Below the pieces are notes generated by a model. The model saw only the letters and a list, made by a program, of their open reading frames with translations. It did not search any database and was not told where the DNA came from. Of a stretch of DNA of 46,037 nt, positions 1 through 9,658 are shown piece after piece. The stretch is taken from the sequence record PQ850598.1; one strand, 5' to 3'. The stretch is from Escherichia phage ClaudiaMuster_Bas77. Made by a program: the position numbers and the translations under genes. Numbering within the stretch: the stretch's first letter is position 1; each line of letters opens with the position of its first letter.

Positions 1-489
1 ATGTGCAGACGCGAAATGAAAATGCATGGTGCTACACAAAAAATCATACAAATGGTAGATGAAATGAAGCTAACAAAAAAACAACGCGAAGAGCTACGCA
101 TGAAGTTCGGTGGTCGCTGTGCTTATTGTGGGTGTGAGCTACCCGAGAAAGGTTGGCATGCAGACCATGTTGAACCAGTGCTACGTAAATCTGAACAGTG
201 CATGAAGGCAGCGGCGAAAGGGATTTTCAAGCTGAAGGCAACCGGTGAGCTATATCGACCAGAAGCCGAGCGACTGGAAAACCTTTACCCTGCGTGCGCC
301 CCCTGCAATCTGATGAAAACTTCCTATTCCCTGGAAATGTTCAGGAAGCAGGTATCTCTTCAGGTTGCTCGTGGGCGCAAAAGCAGCATGAATTTCCGCA
401 CTGCAGAGCGTTTCGGTCTTATCGCCGTGGTGGAGAAACCAGTTGTTTTCTGGTTTGAGAAATACCAGGAAGAGAACGAAAAAAAATAA
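1..489 (+). CDS. HNH endonuclease (terminase-associated)
   Basis: Track ORF 162 aa; HNH motif elements GGRCAYCGCEL ... WHADHVEP ... ACAPCNLMK (CxxC, H-x-D-H, CxxCN); lies immediately upstream of terminase genes. True start uncertain (window edge; internal ATGs at 16 and 51). Confidence 0.7.
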   Translation: MCRREMKMHGATQKIIQMVDEMKLTKKQREELRMKFGGRCAYCGCELPEKGWHADHVEPVLRKSEQCMKAAAKGIFKLKATGELYRPEAERLENLYPACAPCNLMKTSYSLEMFRKQVSLQVARGRKSSMNFRTAERFGLIAVVEKPVVFWFEKYQEENEKK

Positions 490-669
490 ATGTGTTTATG
501 ATGCTCTGTTGGCAAGCGCGATAATGATGGTGTACAATAAACGCATAACCACCATTGCTTTCACTCATATCATCACCCAACCTTTAATCCGCCTTGTGCG
601 GGTTCTTTTTTATCTACGTCTATGTGTTAAAATTAGCGTATGTGAGTTACTCAAAGAACACAAAAAGAC

Positions 670-1113
670 ATGGCGAATCCAAATCCAAAACACAAGTTTT
701 CCTCTACAAATCAACCGCCTCCGCGCGGTAAGAGTTATCGCACAGTGCTGCTTGAGGCGCTTCGTGCTGCAAATACACCGATGAATGAGATTGAATTCGT
801 CACGTATTACATCAATAGGGCCATGACATGCGAAGACGCTCAGGCAACTGGTATGCTTCGAGAGATATTCCTGCGGCTCAACCCAATTCCTAAGCCTGTA
901 GCTCCTCCTGTGGAGTTTGACTTCCCTGCTGACGGAACTCCGGTTCAGAAAATGGATGCAATCATCAAGGGTGTATCCACTGGCGTTGTGCCTGCTGACA
1001 TAGGCAAGATGATGGCTGACATTATCAAGTCTGGCCTTGATATTCAGGAAATCACCGAACTCGCCGCGCGACTTGAGCGACTGGAGAAATTACTGGAGCA
1101 GCAGAATGCGTGA
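670..1113 (+). CDS. putative terminase small subunit
   Basis: 147-aa ORF directly upstream of the large terminase, C-terminal coiled-coil (ELAARLERLEKLLEQQ); assignment by position and size only. Confidence 0.45.
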   Translation: MANPNPKHKFSSTNQPPPRGKSYRTVLLEALRAANTPMNEIEFVTYYINRAMTCEDAQATGMLREIFLRLNPIPKPVAPPVEFDFPADGTPVQKMDAIIKGVSTGVVPADIGKMMADIIKSGLDIQEITELAARLERLEKLLEQQNA

Positions 1114-1253
1114 TGTTGTTACGTGGTGCTTTGTGGCATCTATCGCTATGAGCATGATCAGCGTCATTACGCCATCGGGAGATTTTGCTGGAAGCATATT
1201 CGGTTTTATGTTCCGGATATCAGGATTGGTTATCGCTTGGGGGCGGATTCGAT

Positions 1254-2678
1254 ATGGCTCGTAAACGACTCTCCGCGCTGGCAATCGAAAAACTTGAACA
1301 GGTAGTTGGCAACTCAACTGCAAAGCCTGAATCAGCAGTTTTTGGGCTTGTAGATAAGTTACTTCAGGATGGTTCTCCCAATGTCGTAAAGCGACTTAAG
1401 ATGACAGTCACTGGGGTATCTGAAACTGATGAAGAGCCAACAATATTAATTCCTGAGCGGATGGAGCTTATCCTTTACCCACGGCGCTTTAAGGTGTTTT
1501 ATGGTGGTAGGGGCAGTTCCAAGAGCCGAACGTGTATATCCTACCTTATCGAAAAGGCAAGGTTCCGCAACAGTCGCGTTGGTTGTTTTCGTGAGATACA
1601 GAACTCAATCAAAGAATCAAGCTATGCAGAGCTGGTCGATGAGATAAACAGGAAGGGGCACGCTCAGGAATATCGTTGCGTTGATGGTGAGATAACGCAC
1701 CACTCAACGAGATCAAAGTTTGTTTTCCGTGGACTGTGGCGAAATATAACCGCCATCAAGGGTATGGCTGGTCTGACTGATGTATTCTGCGAAGAGTCTG
1801 AAAACATCAGTCAGGTGTCATGGGATACGCTGATTCCAACAGTTCGCGCCGCTGGCTCTGAAATTATTATTGTTTTTAACCCAAATAAAGAGACAGACCC
1901 GACGTGGACTAACTTTGTTGAGCCTTACATCGACAAGATGGTTGATGGCATATATCAGGATGATGACATAGTTGTTGTTAATGTTAACTACGTCCACAAC
2001 CCGTGGTTCACGGAAGAACTTAAACAGCATATGAACCAGATGAAGGCGGTGGATTATGACCGCTATCTGTGGGTGTATGAAGGATTATTCAACAAGCGGT
2101 CTGAGGAAGCTGTGCTTGGCGGGAAATGGCAAACGCTGGACTTCGAGCCATCTCCCGAATGGGGAGGGCCATATTATGGCATTGACTTTGGTTTTTCTCA
2201 GGATGCAACCGCAGCAACAGAATCATATGTAGAAGATTTGGGAGATGGGCGCAGAAATCTATATATCTATCGTGACTTTGCAAAGGTTGGCCTTGAGATA
2301 ACTGACACGCCGGAAGCGATGCGCTCAGCATTCCCAAATTCAGAGAAGTACAGGTGGTATGGGGATTGCGCAAGGCCTGAAACAATAAGCCATATACGAC
2401 GATCTGGATTCGATATTCATCCGTGCGCAAAATGGCCGGGTAGCATTGAGGACGGGATTACGTGGCTGCGTGGGTGTGACAGAATTTACGTACACTCAAG
2501 ATGTAAGCACGTCATTGAAGAGATGACAATGTACAGCTACAAGGTGGATAAATTAACAGGAAACATACTCCCTGACATAGTTGATAAGTACAATCACGCG
2601 ATTGATAGCCTACGCTATGGCCTTGGTGACCACATCGTTCAGCGCGGTAGCGGAATGCTAATCCGGCGCAGGCGATAA
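1254..2678 (+). CDS. terminase large subunit
   Basis: Track ORF 1185..2678; ATG at 1254 (MARKRLSALAIEKLEQ) preferred; P-loop YGGRGSSKS near N-terminus, ~475 aa, followed by portal module. Confidence 0.85.
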   Translation: MARKRLSALAIEKLEQVVGNSTAKPESAVFGLVDKLLQDGSPNVVKRLKMTVTGVSETDEEPTILIPERMELILYPRRFKVFYGGRGSSKSRTCISYLIEKARFRNSRVGCFREIQNSIKESSYAELVDEINRKGHAQEYRCVDGEITHHSTRSKFVFRGLWRNITAIKGMAGLTDVFCEESENISQVSWDTLIPTVRAAGSEIIIVFNPNKETDPTWTNFVEPYIDKMVDGIYQDDDIVVVNVNYVHNPWFTEELKQHMNQMKAVDYDRYLWVYEGLFNKRSEEAVLGGKWQTLDFEPSPEWGGPYYGIDFGFSQDATAATESYVEDLGDGRRNLYIYRDFAKVGLEITDTPEAMRSAFPNSEKYRWYGDCARPETISHIRRSGFDIHPCAKWPGSIEDGITWLRGCDRIYVHSRCKHVIEEMTMYSYKVDKLTGNILPDIVDKYNHAIDSLRYGLGDHIVQRGSGMLIRRRR

Positions 2679-2694
2679 ATCCGCATAACCACAC

Positions 2695-2723
2695 TTGACC
2701 AATCTACACCGAGCGCATAGTAT
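2695..2723 (+). promoter_or_regulatory. sigma70-like promoter (TTGACC-17-TAGTAT) carrying two AATCTACA motif copies
   Basis: TTGACC at 2695-2700, 17-nt spacer, TAGTAT at 2718-2723; directly after terminase stop and ahead of a block of small genes. Confidence 0.55.
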
Positions 2724-2754
2724 AATCTACATCATGCTTACCGGAGATATCACT

Positions 2755-2961
2755 ATGCGCAGCTATGCAGGATTCACACAGGAGGAAAAAGAGCAGGTTT
2801 ATTCACTGGCTCGGGCTGGTGTGCCTGATGATGTGATTTGCCGTCGGTATGACATCGACGAGGATTTCCTGCTGCGCGTTTTGGATGACGTTTTCGTTAA
2901 CCTGCAGGAGAAGCGCGGGTACAAGGGTATCTGCTGCAAGAATGATTTTTTGAGAGGGTGA
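2755..2961 (+). CDS. hypothetical protein (68 aa)
   Basis: Track ORF 2695..2961 begins inside the promoter; ATG at 2755 with GGAG 9 nt upstream (MRSYAGFTQEEKEQ...). Confidence 0.5.
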   Translation: MRSYAGFTQEEKEQVYSLARAGVPDDVICRRYDIDEDFLLRVLDDVFVNLQEKRGYKGICCKNDFLRG

Positions 2962-3167
2962 TTATGAGGGGTTTTGTAAGAGATTTCCTGTTTATTGGCA
3001 TTAAGTACACCATTGCACTGGTGATTGCTGTTCCGCTTATCTGGTTGATTAGATGGGAGGAGCCAAGTATTGATGACATTATAAACTGGCAGGTTTTCAG
3101 ACTTGTTATCGGCTTGTGGATTATTTCAGCTATTGCCGCATGGTGGATTAATCATGTTCAGAAATAA
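2958..3167 (+). CDS. small membrane protein (2 predicted TM helices)
   Basis: 69-aa ORF, hydrophobic stretches FLFIGIKYTIALVIAVPLIWLI and LVIGLWIISAIAAWWI; start overlaps upstream stop (ATGA). Confidence 0.5.
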   Translation: MIMRGFVRDFLFIGIKYTIALVIAVPLIWLIRWEEPSIDDIINWQVFRLVIGLWIISAIAAWWINHVQK

Positions 3168-3561
3168 ATTAAAGAAAATAATCCGCGATGCTGCGGATAA
3201 GAAGTACACCAAAAAGATTGACATATCATTTATCGACTGCACTGGACTGTACAATCACGCATGCCACCTGAATGCAGTGAACCGTGCACGGGATGGTAGT
3301 TCGTGCGCAGTGGTTGAGGTGGTTATGATTAATGATGATGGCGCAACAGCGCATTACATCAATATGCAGTCAGACGGCGCATACATCGACTACACGCTTG
3401 GATGGCACTGGTCTGGTGCTGATTACCGGTTTGTGCGGTTTGTTCCGTTTACTGAGTGGCCCGATATCACAGGATCGTTAAGCAAACTGAAAGCTGAACT
3501 GTGTAAGCCAGTGGCTAAATGGCAGAGGTTATTGATGGTAACTGATGGTGAACTTTGTTGA
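3154..3561 (+). CDS. hypothetical protein (135 aa)
   Basis: Track ORF 3103..3561; ATG at 3154 (MFRNKLKK) chosen. Confidence 0.5.
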   Translation: MFRNKLKKIIRDAADKKYTKKIDISFIDCTGLYNHACHLNAVNRARDGSSCAVVEVVMINDDGATAHYINMQSDGAYIDYTLGWHWSGADYRFVRFVPFTEWPDITGSLSKLKAELCKPVAKWQRLLMVTDGELC

Positions 3562-3569
3562 GGTGAGTG

Positions 3570-3743
3570 ATGAAAATCGAAGGTGATTACGGGCAGCATA
3601 TTATGGTTGATAAGGATTTCAAGTATGGTAACGACCTATTAGTAGTTAGGCAAACTGGTGATGTAATCGTCGTTGCAATTGAGCAAGCAGAGCAGCTTAT
3701 CGAAGTCCTGCAACGCTGGGTTAATGGTGAGGAGATTGAGTGA
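3570..3743 (+). CDS. hypothetical protein (57 aa)
   Basis: Hand-translated ORF below track cutoff: MKIEGDYGQHIMVDKDFKYGNDLLVVRQTGDVIVVAIEQAEQLIEVLQRWVNGEEIE; GGTGAG upstream; stop overlaps next start. Confidence 0.4.
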   Translation: MKIEGDYGQHIMVDKDFKYGNDLLVVRQTGDVIVVAIEQAEQLIEVLQRWVNGEEIE

Positions 3744-3928
3744 TGAGCGTTTATTTTATTCATGCTGAAGTGCTTAATGGTGGTGCTATTGTCGCAAAAA
3801 TATGTGCTGTTTCTACTGCATCTGACCCAGAAAGAGCATTTGATATGTTTTTTAATTGCGACAGGGTGAAAGGCCACGAAAGCAAAGGTCGTGATGTTGT
3901 AATTGATAAACTGGAAAAGGTGGAGTGA
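3743..3928 (+). CDS. hypothetical protein (61 aa)
   Basis: Track ORF 3740..3928; translationally coupled to neighbours. Confidence 0.4.
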   Translation: MSVYFIHAEVLNGGAIVAKICAVSTASDPERAFDMFFNCDRVKGHESKGRDVVIDKLEKVE

Positions 3929-4089
3929 TGGCACTATTCTGGTCGTTCTGGATTCCACTTAATTTTATGTTCTGGTGGGCTATGGCTGCCGGAGTGAATG
4001 AACCAAGCAGGATACATTTCATGGTTGGCTCATTTTTCGCTGTGGTAACTGGTATTGTGCCATGCTTGTTGTATCAATATTTCAAATAG
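3928..4089 (+). CDS. small hydrophobic protein (53 aa)
   Basis: Hand-translated: MALFWSFWIPLNFMFWWAMAAGVNEPSRIHFMVGSFFAVVTGIVPCLLYQYFK; ATG overlaps upstream stop. Confidence 0.4.
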   Translation: MALFWSFWIPLNFMFWWAMAAGVNEPSRIHFMVGSFFAVVTGIVPCLLYQYFK

Positions 4090-4099
4090 AGGTGGAGTG

Positions 4100-4348
4100 A
4101 TGATAGGGATAATTCTTACTCTTATCGTTACGGCGTTCTTTGTTTATATCCTGATAAGACATCAGCTTGTTTATATTGCCAGAGGAAGATTCATAAACTA
4201 CTTCTATACAGAAGACCATAATGGATATGCAGCCGGCAAGATATTCCATGAGTCGCTACCAAGCTACGATGAGATGCTGTGGAAATTCTGGGTGTGGCCT
4301 CTGTCAAAATTCTATCCGGCGTACAGAAATCGAAATCGCAATAAGTGA
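4100..4348 (+). CDS. small membrane protein (82 aa)
   Basis: Track ORF 4055..4348; ATG at 4100 (MIGIILTLIVTAFFVYILI) preceded by GGTGGAG; one clear TM helix. Confidence 0.5.
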   Translation: MIGIILTLIVTAFFVYILIRHQLVYIARGRFINYFYTEDHNGYAAGKIFHESLPSYDEMLWKFWVWPLSKFYPAYRNRNRNK

Positions 4349-4357
4349 CCATGCTAT

Positions 4358-4388
4358 AATCCCATCCAACGTGATGGGATTTTTTATT
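4358..4388 (+). terminator. rho-independent terminator-like hairpin
   Basis: AATCCCAT ... ATGGGATT stem followed by TTTTTTATT, just upstream of portal start. Confidence 0.5.
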
Positions 4389-4396
4389 GGTGACAT

Positions 4397-5809
4397 ATGT
4401 CAAAAATTGATGCATTAAACGCCTATATACGCGACCGCGTGGCGAACAATAACCGGGCGCTTCAGCAGCAGCGGCTTTGTGCTGGCGGGAAGAATCTGGA
4501 CCAGAAACGTGAGTTCATGTGGAAGGAACTGGGCTACCCGCAGGAAATAACCGCCGAGATGTTCCGCTATGCATACGAGCGACATCCAGCCGCCGCCGCT
4601 GGCATTAACCGCATTATTAATAAATGCTGGCAGAAATACCCAGAAGTGGTTGAGGATGGCGAGGATGACAAGAACTCAACGTCGTGGGAGCTGTCCATCA
4701 ACGACATGATGAAGCGCGCCTACCCGTTCATCAAGGAGGCTGACAAGCGCAACGCCATCAACCGCTATTCCGCTGTTATCCTGCAAATCCGTGACGGCAA
4801 ACAGTGGAGTGAACCGGTAGACATCACCAAAACACGCCGCATTAAAGATAAATCCATTGTTCGCTTTATCCCAGTATGGGAAGAGCAACTCCGCGTCAGC
4901 GCATGGAATAACGATGAAACAAGTGAAGACTACGGCATGCCTGAGATGTACGAATATCAGGAAAGCGCCGTAGAGGATTTCGATAGCGACGGCAAGCCTG
5001 AGCGTTCCGTGCAGATTCATCCTGATCGCATTATCATTCTGGCAGAGGGTAGCTTCGATGGCAGTATGTTCAGTGGCATCCCGATGCTACGTGCTGGCTA
5101 CAACAGCCTTATCGACATGGCTAAGGTTTCCGGTAGTTCAGCAGAAGGCTTCCTGAAGAATGCCAGCCGTCAACTGGCTGTTAACTACACGAAGGACAAC
5201 GTAACGCCAGCAAGCCTTGCACAGTCAATGGGTGTATCTCAGGATGAGCTTATTGACATCATGAATGACAATATCGAGATGCTGAATTCTGGCATTGACG
5301 CTGCACTATTTAGCATGGGCGCCGAGACTCAGGTGTTATCCGTAACGCCAGCTGACCCGAAACCAACATGGGAAGTGGCTGCCAACCAGTTCGCTGCATC
5401 AATGGCGCTTCCGTTCACCGTCATTTTCGGGCAGCAAACCGGACGCCTTGCGAGTGATGAAGACAAGATGCAGGAGGCGATGACTGCCAAGCAGCGCCGA
5501 GAAACATGGGTGGATTATGTTATCTCAATGTTCGTTGAGCGCATGATTCAGTTCGGCATCGTCGATAAAGCACCGGCAAATGGCTACAAGGTTAAGTGGG
5601 ACGACCTGCTTGCTCCATCAGAGCTGGATAAGGCGGAGTTGCTGTCTAAGCTCGCCACTGCGAACAAGTCGTTCTTTGATGCTGGTCAATCTGCGTTGCT
5701 TACCGTCGATGAGGCTCGCGGCATGGTTGGTATGGAGCCGATTGAACTTGATGAAAGTTATCGCGAAGACACGCCACCGGAAGATGAAAATGAAGATACT
5801 CCGGTTTAA
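4397..5809 (+). CDS. portal protein
   Basis: 470-aa ORF following terminase, acidic C-terminus ([14 protein letters not shown]), overlaps start of Mu F-like head morphogenesis gene; size and position typical for a portal. Confidence 0.8.
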   Translation: MSKIDALNAYIRDRVANNNRALQQQRLCAGGKNLDQKREFMWKELGYPQEITAEMFRYAYERHPAAAAGINRIINKCWQKYPEVVEDGEDDKNSTSWELSINDMMKRAYPFIKEADKRNAINRYSAVILQIRDGKQWSEPVDITKTRRIKDKSIVRFIPVWEEQLRVSAWNNDETSEDYGMPEMYEYQESAVEDFDSDGKPERSVQIHPDRIIILAEGSFDGSMFSGIPMLRAGYNSLIDMAKVSGSSAEGFLKNASRQLAVNYTKDNVTPASLAQSMGVSQDELIDIMNDNIEMLNSGIDAALFSMGAETQVLSVTPADPKPTWEVAANQFAASMALPFTVIFGQQTGRLASDEDKMQEAMTAKQRRETWVDYVISMFVERMIQFGIVDKAPANGYKVKWDDLLAPSELDKAELLSKLATANKSFFDAGQSALLTVDEARGMVGMEPIELDESYREDTPPEDENEDTPV

Positions 5810-6740
5810 CGCAAGACTTCCGCAGCCGCGCATATCGCAGAGCCTGACCGACCCGTTAGGCGCTGCAACCCGCATGTCGAAGATGGACAAGGTGATAACG
5901 CGCAAATATAAGCAACTCAGGACTCGTGCGCTTGAGTTGTTTCGCACCATTCCGCATAGTCAGACTAACGCAGAATCAAGCGGTCTGTATTTCTATGATT
6001 TCAGTAGTGCGCGCGCCGCTACTTTCATGGATGAGTTGCAGGCGCTGATTGACGAGATTCTGCTGGAAGGTGACGACTTCAGTCACGGCAGGATGTGGGC
6101 CAATGTGTTCATCGGTGATGCGTATCAGGCAGGAACGCAGAAGGCCAACTCTGAACTATCAAGCCTGTCTCCGGTTTATGCCGAGCAGAGGCCTATTGCC
6201 GCGATACTCTACAGTGAGCCATATCTGAATCGGCTGCGGCTTGCGTATACAGCTGGTTACTCGGACTGGCGAGGATTGAGTGATTACTCACGCCAACAAC
6301 TGGCATCCGTCATTATGGAAGGCATTGCCCGTGGTGCCAATCCTCGAGATGTTGAAGCTGATATCGTCAAGCGTGTTGATGTATCTCATAGCTACGCGAA
6401 ACAGATAGCACAGACTGAAATCACCGGAACGCTGCGTCAGGCTAACAGAAGAGAAGTCATTGAGGCGCGCGAGGAATTAGGAATTGAAACGGTGATGCTG
6501 TGGCAATCGGCATTAATGCGCACGACACGCCAGACTCACGCGGCGAGACATGGAAGGTTTTACACGCCAGAAGAAATTGATACGTTTTATAGTGAAGTTG
6601 CTAACCGCAGGAATTGTCACTGTGCGCAAACTCCGGCGTTATTAATGGATGGGAAACCAGTCATTCTTGAGTCATCACAGGAAAGGCTTGATAAGCAGCG
6701 CGAGGCATGGCAATCAGCAAACAAAAAGCCCTCTAAGTGA
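5784..6740 (+). CDS. head morphogenesis protein (Mu F / SPP1 gp7-like)
   Basis: Track ORF 5580..6740 (out-of-frame overlap with portal); ATG at 5784 (MKMKILRF); ~318 aa directly after portal, characteristic position. Confidence 0.7.
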   Translation: MKMKILRFNARLPQPRISQSLTDPLGAATRMSKMDKVITRKYKQLRTRALELFRTIPHSQTNAESSGLYFYDFSSARAATFMDELQALIDEILLEGDDFSHGRMWANVFIGDAYQAGTQKANSELSSLSPVYAEQRPIAAILYSEPYLNRLRLAYTAGYSDWRGLSDYSRQQLASVIMEGIARGANPRDVEADIVKRVDVSHSYAKQIAQTEITGTLRQANRREVIEAREELGIETVMLWQSALMRTTRQTHAARHGRFYTPEEIDTFYSEVANRRNCHCAQTPALLMDGKPVILESSQERLDKQREAWQSANKKPSK

Positions 6741-6753
6741 GGGCTTGGTTTTA
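6728..6753 (+). terminator. hairpin terminator (GCCCTC...GAGGGC + T-tract)
   Basis: Inverted repeat spanning the head-morphogenesis stop codon, followed by TTGGTTTTA; separates the plus-strand head genes from a minus-strand cassette. Confidence 0.45.
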
Positions 6754-6824
6754 TCTTATGAGCATACACAGAACGAATATTATTATCGCATAGCACAATA
6801 TCTCTACGACGCTGAATATTGTCT

Positions 6825-7433
6825 TTAATCATCAAGTTTCACGCCGGGAATTTTGCCTGCTGCGATGGCTTCATAAATTAGCTTAGCCTCATCCTCGCGC
6901 TTGTAATCTTGCGCTACCATTTCTAATACCGCGCAGATAGATTCAAGTACAGCCTCATGCTTCCTTTCTGCTTCTGTGCGAAATGGGATGAAAACATCCT
7001 TATTGGATGGGGTTATTGCGTAGTAAATCTCACCAGATGGTCTGATAACTATTTTTTCGCCATCAAGACCAATAACCTTGACTTTTCCCCATGACGTTCC
7101 GTTGCTGATATACTCACATTCACACCCAACTGGCGGCAGTCCTTCTCCGTTCCATGCTGAATTTTTCGATGCTGCGAGCGCTGCTTTGTATTGCCAATAG
7201 GTTACTATCGACTCCTTATGGTCGGAAGATAATGGCGTAGCCCATTCTTCTCCATACCAGAAATGCACAAGGCTATTGCCAGTGTGGTGTTTCCATGAGA
7301 ACCCTTCGTAGTGTGGGTCATTCGTGTCCCATACGCACAGTGAACCGTCATTATCTTGAGTAATTGACAGCGCGTTTTGAGGCCACCCACCACGCTTAGG
7401 CAATTCTTGAACTAACAGGTCGATAAGTTTCAT
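6825..7433 (-). CDS. hypothetical protein (202 aa)
   Basis: Track ORF; last gene of minus-strand cassette 6825-8112. Confidence 0.5.
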   Translation of the reverse strand: MKLIDLLVQELPKRGGWPQNALSITQDNDGSLCVWDTNDPHYEGFSWKHHTGNSLVHFWYGEEWATPLSSDHKESIVTYWQYKAALAASKNSAWNGEGLPPVGCECEYISNGTSWGKVKVIGLDGEKIVIRPSGEIYYAITPSNKDVFIPFRTEAERKHEAVLESICAVLEMVAQDYKREDEAKLIYEAIAAGKIPGVKLDD

Positions 7434-7445
7434 TTTTGTTCTCCG

Positions 7446-7661
7446 TTAATAATTTGGCTTTACGTCTTTCATTGTTAGTGGCTTCCATCCACTTGCGATT
7501 GCAATATCAATACAATCCTCAAGCGTTTCAGCTTTTATTGGCTCACCAACTTCACTATCATCAAATTTTCTCTGTATTTGATAGCCATCTACGACATAAA
7601 GAATCTCTACAGAACCATGTAGTGTGTGCATCGACTCAAGCCATTGCAGGTGGTAGCTCAT
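7446..7661 (-). CDS. hypothetical protein (71 aa)
   Basis: Track ORF; tightly packed with neighbours on minus strand. Confidence 0.45.
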   Translation of the reverse strand: MSYHLQWLESMHTLHGSVEILYVVDGYQIQRKFDDSEVGEPIKAETLEDCIDIAIASGWKPLTMKDVKPNY

Positions 7662-7978
7662 TTTGTTCCCCCTAATGCCTTATTAACCGCAGCACGCGCA
7701 TTATCTAGAGCGCGGCGCTTACTTGATGTTGTCCAGACTTTGCCGTCTGCAGAATCGTAGCATTCAATCATTTGCTGCGTAGCAATAATCAATTCGGAAA
7801 TAAGCATGTCGCGATATGCTAACTCAGCAGCAATAGCTGATTTTGAGTGCAATGATTCAGAGCTCATGGCGCCAACATGCTGTGAATAAAAGCCACCAAT
7901 TTCATCAAGGATATCTATATCCCGCTCTGCATACAGATTATTGCTGTCAGTCATTTGATATACTCCATAATCTCGCAT
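7658..7978 (-). CDS. hypothetical protein (106 aa)
   Basis: Track ORF; start overlaps upstream small ORF. Confidence 0.5.
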   Translation of the reverse strand: MRDYGVYQMTDSNNLYAERDIDILDEIGGFYSQHVGAMSSESLHSKSAIAAELAYRDMLISELIIATQQMIECYDSADGKVWTTSSKRRALDNARAAVNKALGGTK

Positions 7979-8112
7979 TCACGCATCTGCACCAGACTAA
8001 ATGGCGCAACCACTTTGCCGCATGGGCGGATTTTGATTTGCTCAAGGCCGAACATTCCGCAGCGTCCGTTTTCTTTGAATTTGACCATTACCATAATTTC
8101 TTCCTCACTCAT
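7951..8112 (-). CDS. hypothetical protein (53 aa)
   Basis: Hand-translated from reverse complement: MSEEEIMVMVKFKENGRCGMFGLEQIKIRPCGKVVAPFSLVQMRECEIMEYIK; first gene after minus-strand promoter. Confidence 0.4.
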   Translation of the reverse strand: MSEEEIMVMVKFKENGRCGMFGLEQIKIRPCGKVVAPFSLVQMRECEIMEYIK

Positions 8113-8126
8113 CGTTTGATGTAGAT

Positions 8127-8173
8127 ACTATGCACCACCACTCAATCTACGTCAATAGCCATTGTGATAGAAT
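8127..8173. promoter_or_regulatory. divergent promoter region with TCTAC-core motifs
   Basis: Minus strand: TTGACG (rc of 8150-8155), 17-nt spacer, CATAGT (rc of 8127-8132). Plus strand: extended -10 TGaTAGAAT at 8165-8173, ahead of the lysis cassette. Confidence 0.5.
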
Positions 8174-8199
8174 TAATCATTATTTGAACAGGAGGCAGA

Positions 8200-8478
8200 A
8201 TGAAACTATCGCAACGCGGCATGGAGGTGTTTGGAATTACCGATGCCGTAGATATATCGCCTTACATCACCACTGAGACAACACAGAATCAGTTTGATGC
8301 GCTGACAAGCCTTGCCACCGACATCGGCATTGACTCGTTCCGCAAATCAACGCTTCTGAAGAAACACAATCTCCGCTGCTTCTCATGTGTCGTCGCGCAT
8401 TTCATCGTGTGGGGTGAGAAGACTGGCGACAAAGCAAAACGCAAGGCTGAAAAAGAGGTTTACTGGTATGGCTATTAG
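8200..8478 (+). CDS. hypothetical protein (92 aa), first gene of lysis operon
   Basis: Track ORF with AGGAGG-like RBS; no TM helix, so not an obvious holin. Confidence 0.5.
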   Translation: MKLSQRGMEVFGITDAVDISPYITTETTQNQFDALTSLATDIGIDSFRKSTLLKKHNLRCFSCVVAHFIVWGEKTGDKAKRKAEKEVYWYGY

Positions 8479-8932
8479 CAAAAACATGAAGGCGTTTCTG
8501 GATATGCTGGCGTACAGCGAGGGCACTGATAACGGGCGGCAGAAAACCAATAATCATGGTTATGATGTGATTGTTGGCGGCTCACTGTTTACCGACTATT
8601 CCGATCACCCGCGCAAGCTGATTAGCCTGCCTAAGCTGGGCATCAAATCCACTGCCGCCGGGCGCTATCAGGTGCTGGCTAAATTTTATGATGCGTACAA
8701 AAAGCAACTGCGCCTGCCTGACTTCTCCCCCGCGTCACAGGACGCTATCGCAATGCAACTAATCCGTGAATGCAAAGCCACCGCCGATATTGAGACTGGT
8801 CGCATTGCTGATGCTATCCATAAATGCCGCTCCCGCTGGGCTTCATTACCGGGCGCTGGCTATGGTCAGCATGAGCAGAAGCTGGATAAGTTGATTCAGG
8901 TATACAAAGAGGCTGGCGGAGCTGTGGCATGA
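8468..8932 (+). CDS. endolysin, lambda R-like lytic transglycosylase
   Basis: Track ORF 8387..8932; ATG at 8468. KAFLDMLAYSEGTDNGRQKTNNHGYDVIVGG...FTDYSDHPRK...WASLPGAGYGQ matches lambda R as recalled from memory. Confidence 0.85.
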   Translation: MAISKNMKAFLDMLAYSEGTDNGRQKTNNHGYDVIVGGSLFTDYSDHPRKLISLPKLGIKSTAAGRYQVLAKFYDAYKKQLRLPDFSPASQDAIAMQLIRECKATADIETGRIADAIHKCRSRWASLPGAGYGQHEQKLDKLIQVYKEAGGAVA

Positions 8933-9168
8933 AAAAGCTAAGCAACTGGCTGCTCGGCGCGTGGATTTCATTCTGCTCACTATTGCAGCTATGGCCTGAT
9001 GCAATGATGCACGTGTGGGTAATGATGCCGGACGACCTGAAAGCGGCGCTACCGCCAATCGTGGTCAAAGGTGTAAGCTACTCCATCATGCTGGTTGGTA
9101 TTCTCGGAAAAATGCACGGCATGAGGAAGGAGAACCGGAGGCTGCGCAATGATGTCAATTCTCGCTAA
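8929..9168 (+). CDS. putative holin (two TM helices)
   Basis: 79-aa ORF between endolysin and spanins; TM segments LLGAWISFCSLL and SYSIMLVGILG, basic C-terminus. Confidence 0.5.
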   Translation: MKKLSNWLLGAWISFCSLLQLWPDAMMHVWVMMPDDLKAALPPIVVKGVSYSIMLVGILGKMHGMRKENRRLRNDVNSR

Positions 9169-9640
9169 ATACTGGCGACCACTGGCAATTATTATAATTG
9201 TTGTCTCTGGCGCGTTGTGGGCGCGTAGCGAAATCATCAGCTACGGCGACCAACGATACGCAGAAGGCAAATCCCAAGCAATCGCCGAACAGAAGGCCGC
9301 AGACGAACAAGAGGAGCAACGACGCAATGCAGAACTGCAAAAGATTCAGGCTGACGCACAGCAAAGGATTGACGCTGCGCGCAATGATGCTGTCAATGCT
9401 GCTGCTAAGTCTGGCAGGTTGCAGCAACAGCTCGCAAATATCCGCAAGCAGCTCGTCGGATATTCCACCGCTGAGTCCATTGGCAATCCAGCCGCAGAAA
9501 CCGGAGTTTTGCTTGGAGACGTGCTCGGCAAATCTGTCGAAAGAAATCGACAACTGGCAGATTATGCTGACAGGGCAAGAGAGGCAGGATTAGCGTGTGA
9601 GGCGCAGTATAATTCGCTGCGTAATAAAAAAGCCCCGTGA
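9149..9640 (+). CDS. i-spanin (Rz-like)
   Basis: N-terminal TM helix (PLAIIIIVVSGALWA) followed by Q/A/E/R-rich coiled-coil; last gene of lysis cassette. Confidence 0.7.
   Translation: MMSILAKYWRPLAIIIIVVSGALWARSEIISYGDQRYAEGKSQAIAEQKAADEQEEQRRNAELQKIQADAQQRIDAARNDAVNAAAKSGRLQQQLANIRKQLVGYSTAESIGNPAAETGVLLGDVLGKSVERNRQLADYADRAREAGLACEAQYNSLRNKKAP
9384..9593 (+). CDS. o-spanin (Rz1-like), embedded in +1 frame of Rz
   Basis: Internal ATG in track ORF 9198..9593; lipoprotein signal MMLSMLLLSLAGC (lipobox LAGC) then Pro-rich periplasmic segment; wholly inside the Rz gene. Confidence 0.65.
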   Translation: MMLSMLLLSLAGCSNSSQISASSSSDIPPLSPLAIQPQKPEFCLETCSANLSKEIDNWQIMLTGQERQD

Positions 9641-9658
9641 TGGGGCTTGTGTTTAATT
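9629..9658 (+). terminator. rho-independent terminator
   Basis: AGCCCC gtgat GGGGCT hairpin followed by TGTGTTTAATT at the end of the lysis cassette. Confidence 0.6.

Noticed and set aside
4676-5950. Minus-strand ORFs 4676..5020 and 5618..5950
   Set aside because: Both are antisense to the portal and head-morphogenesis genes and lack start context; treated as mirror ORFs.
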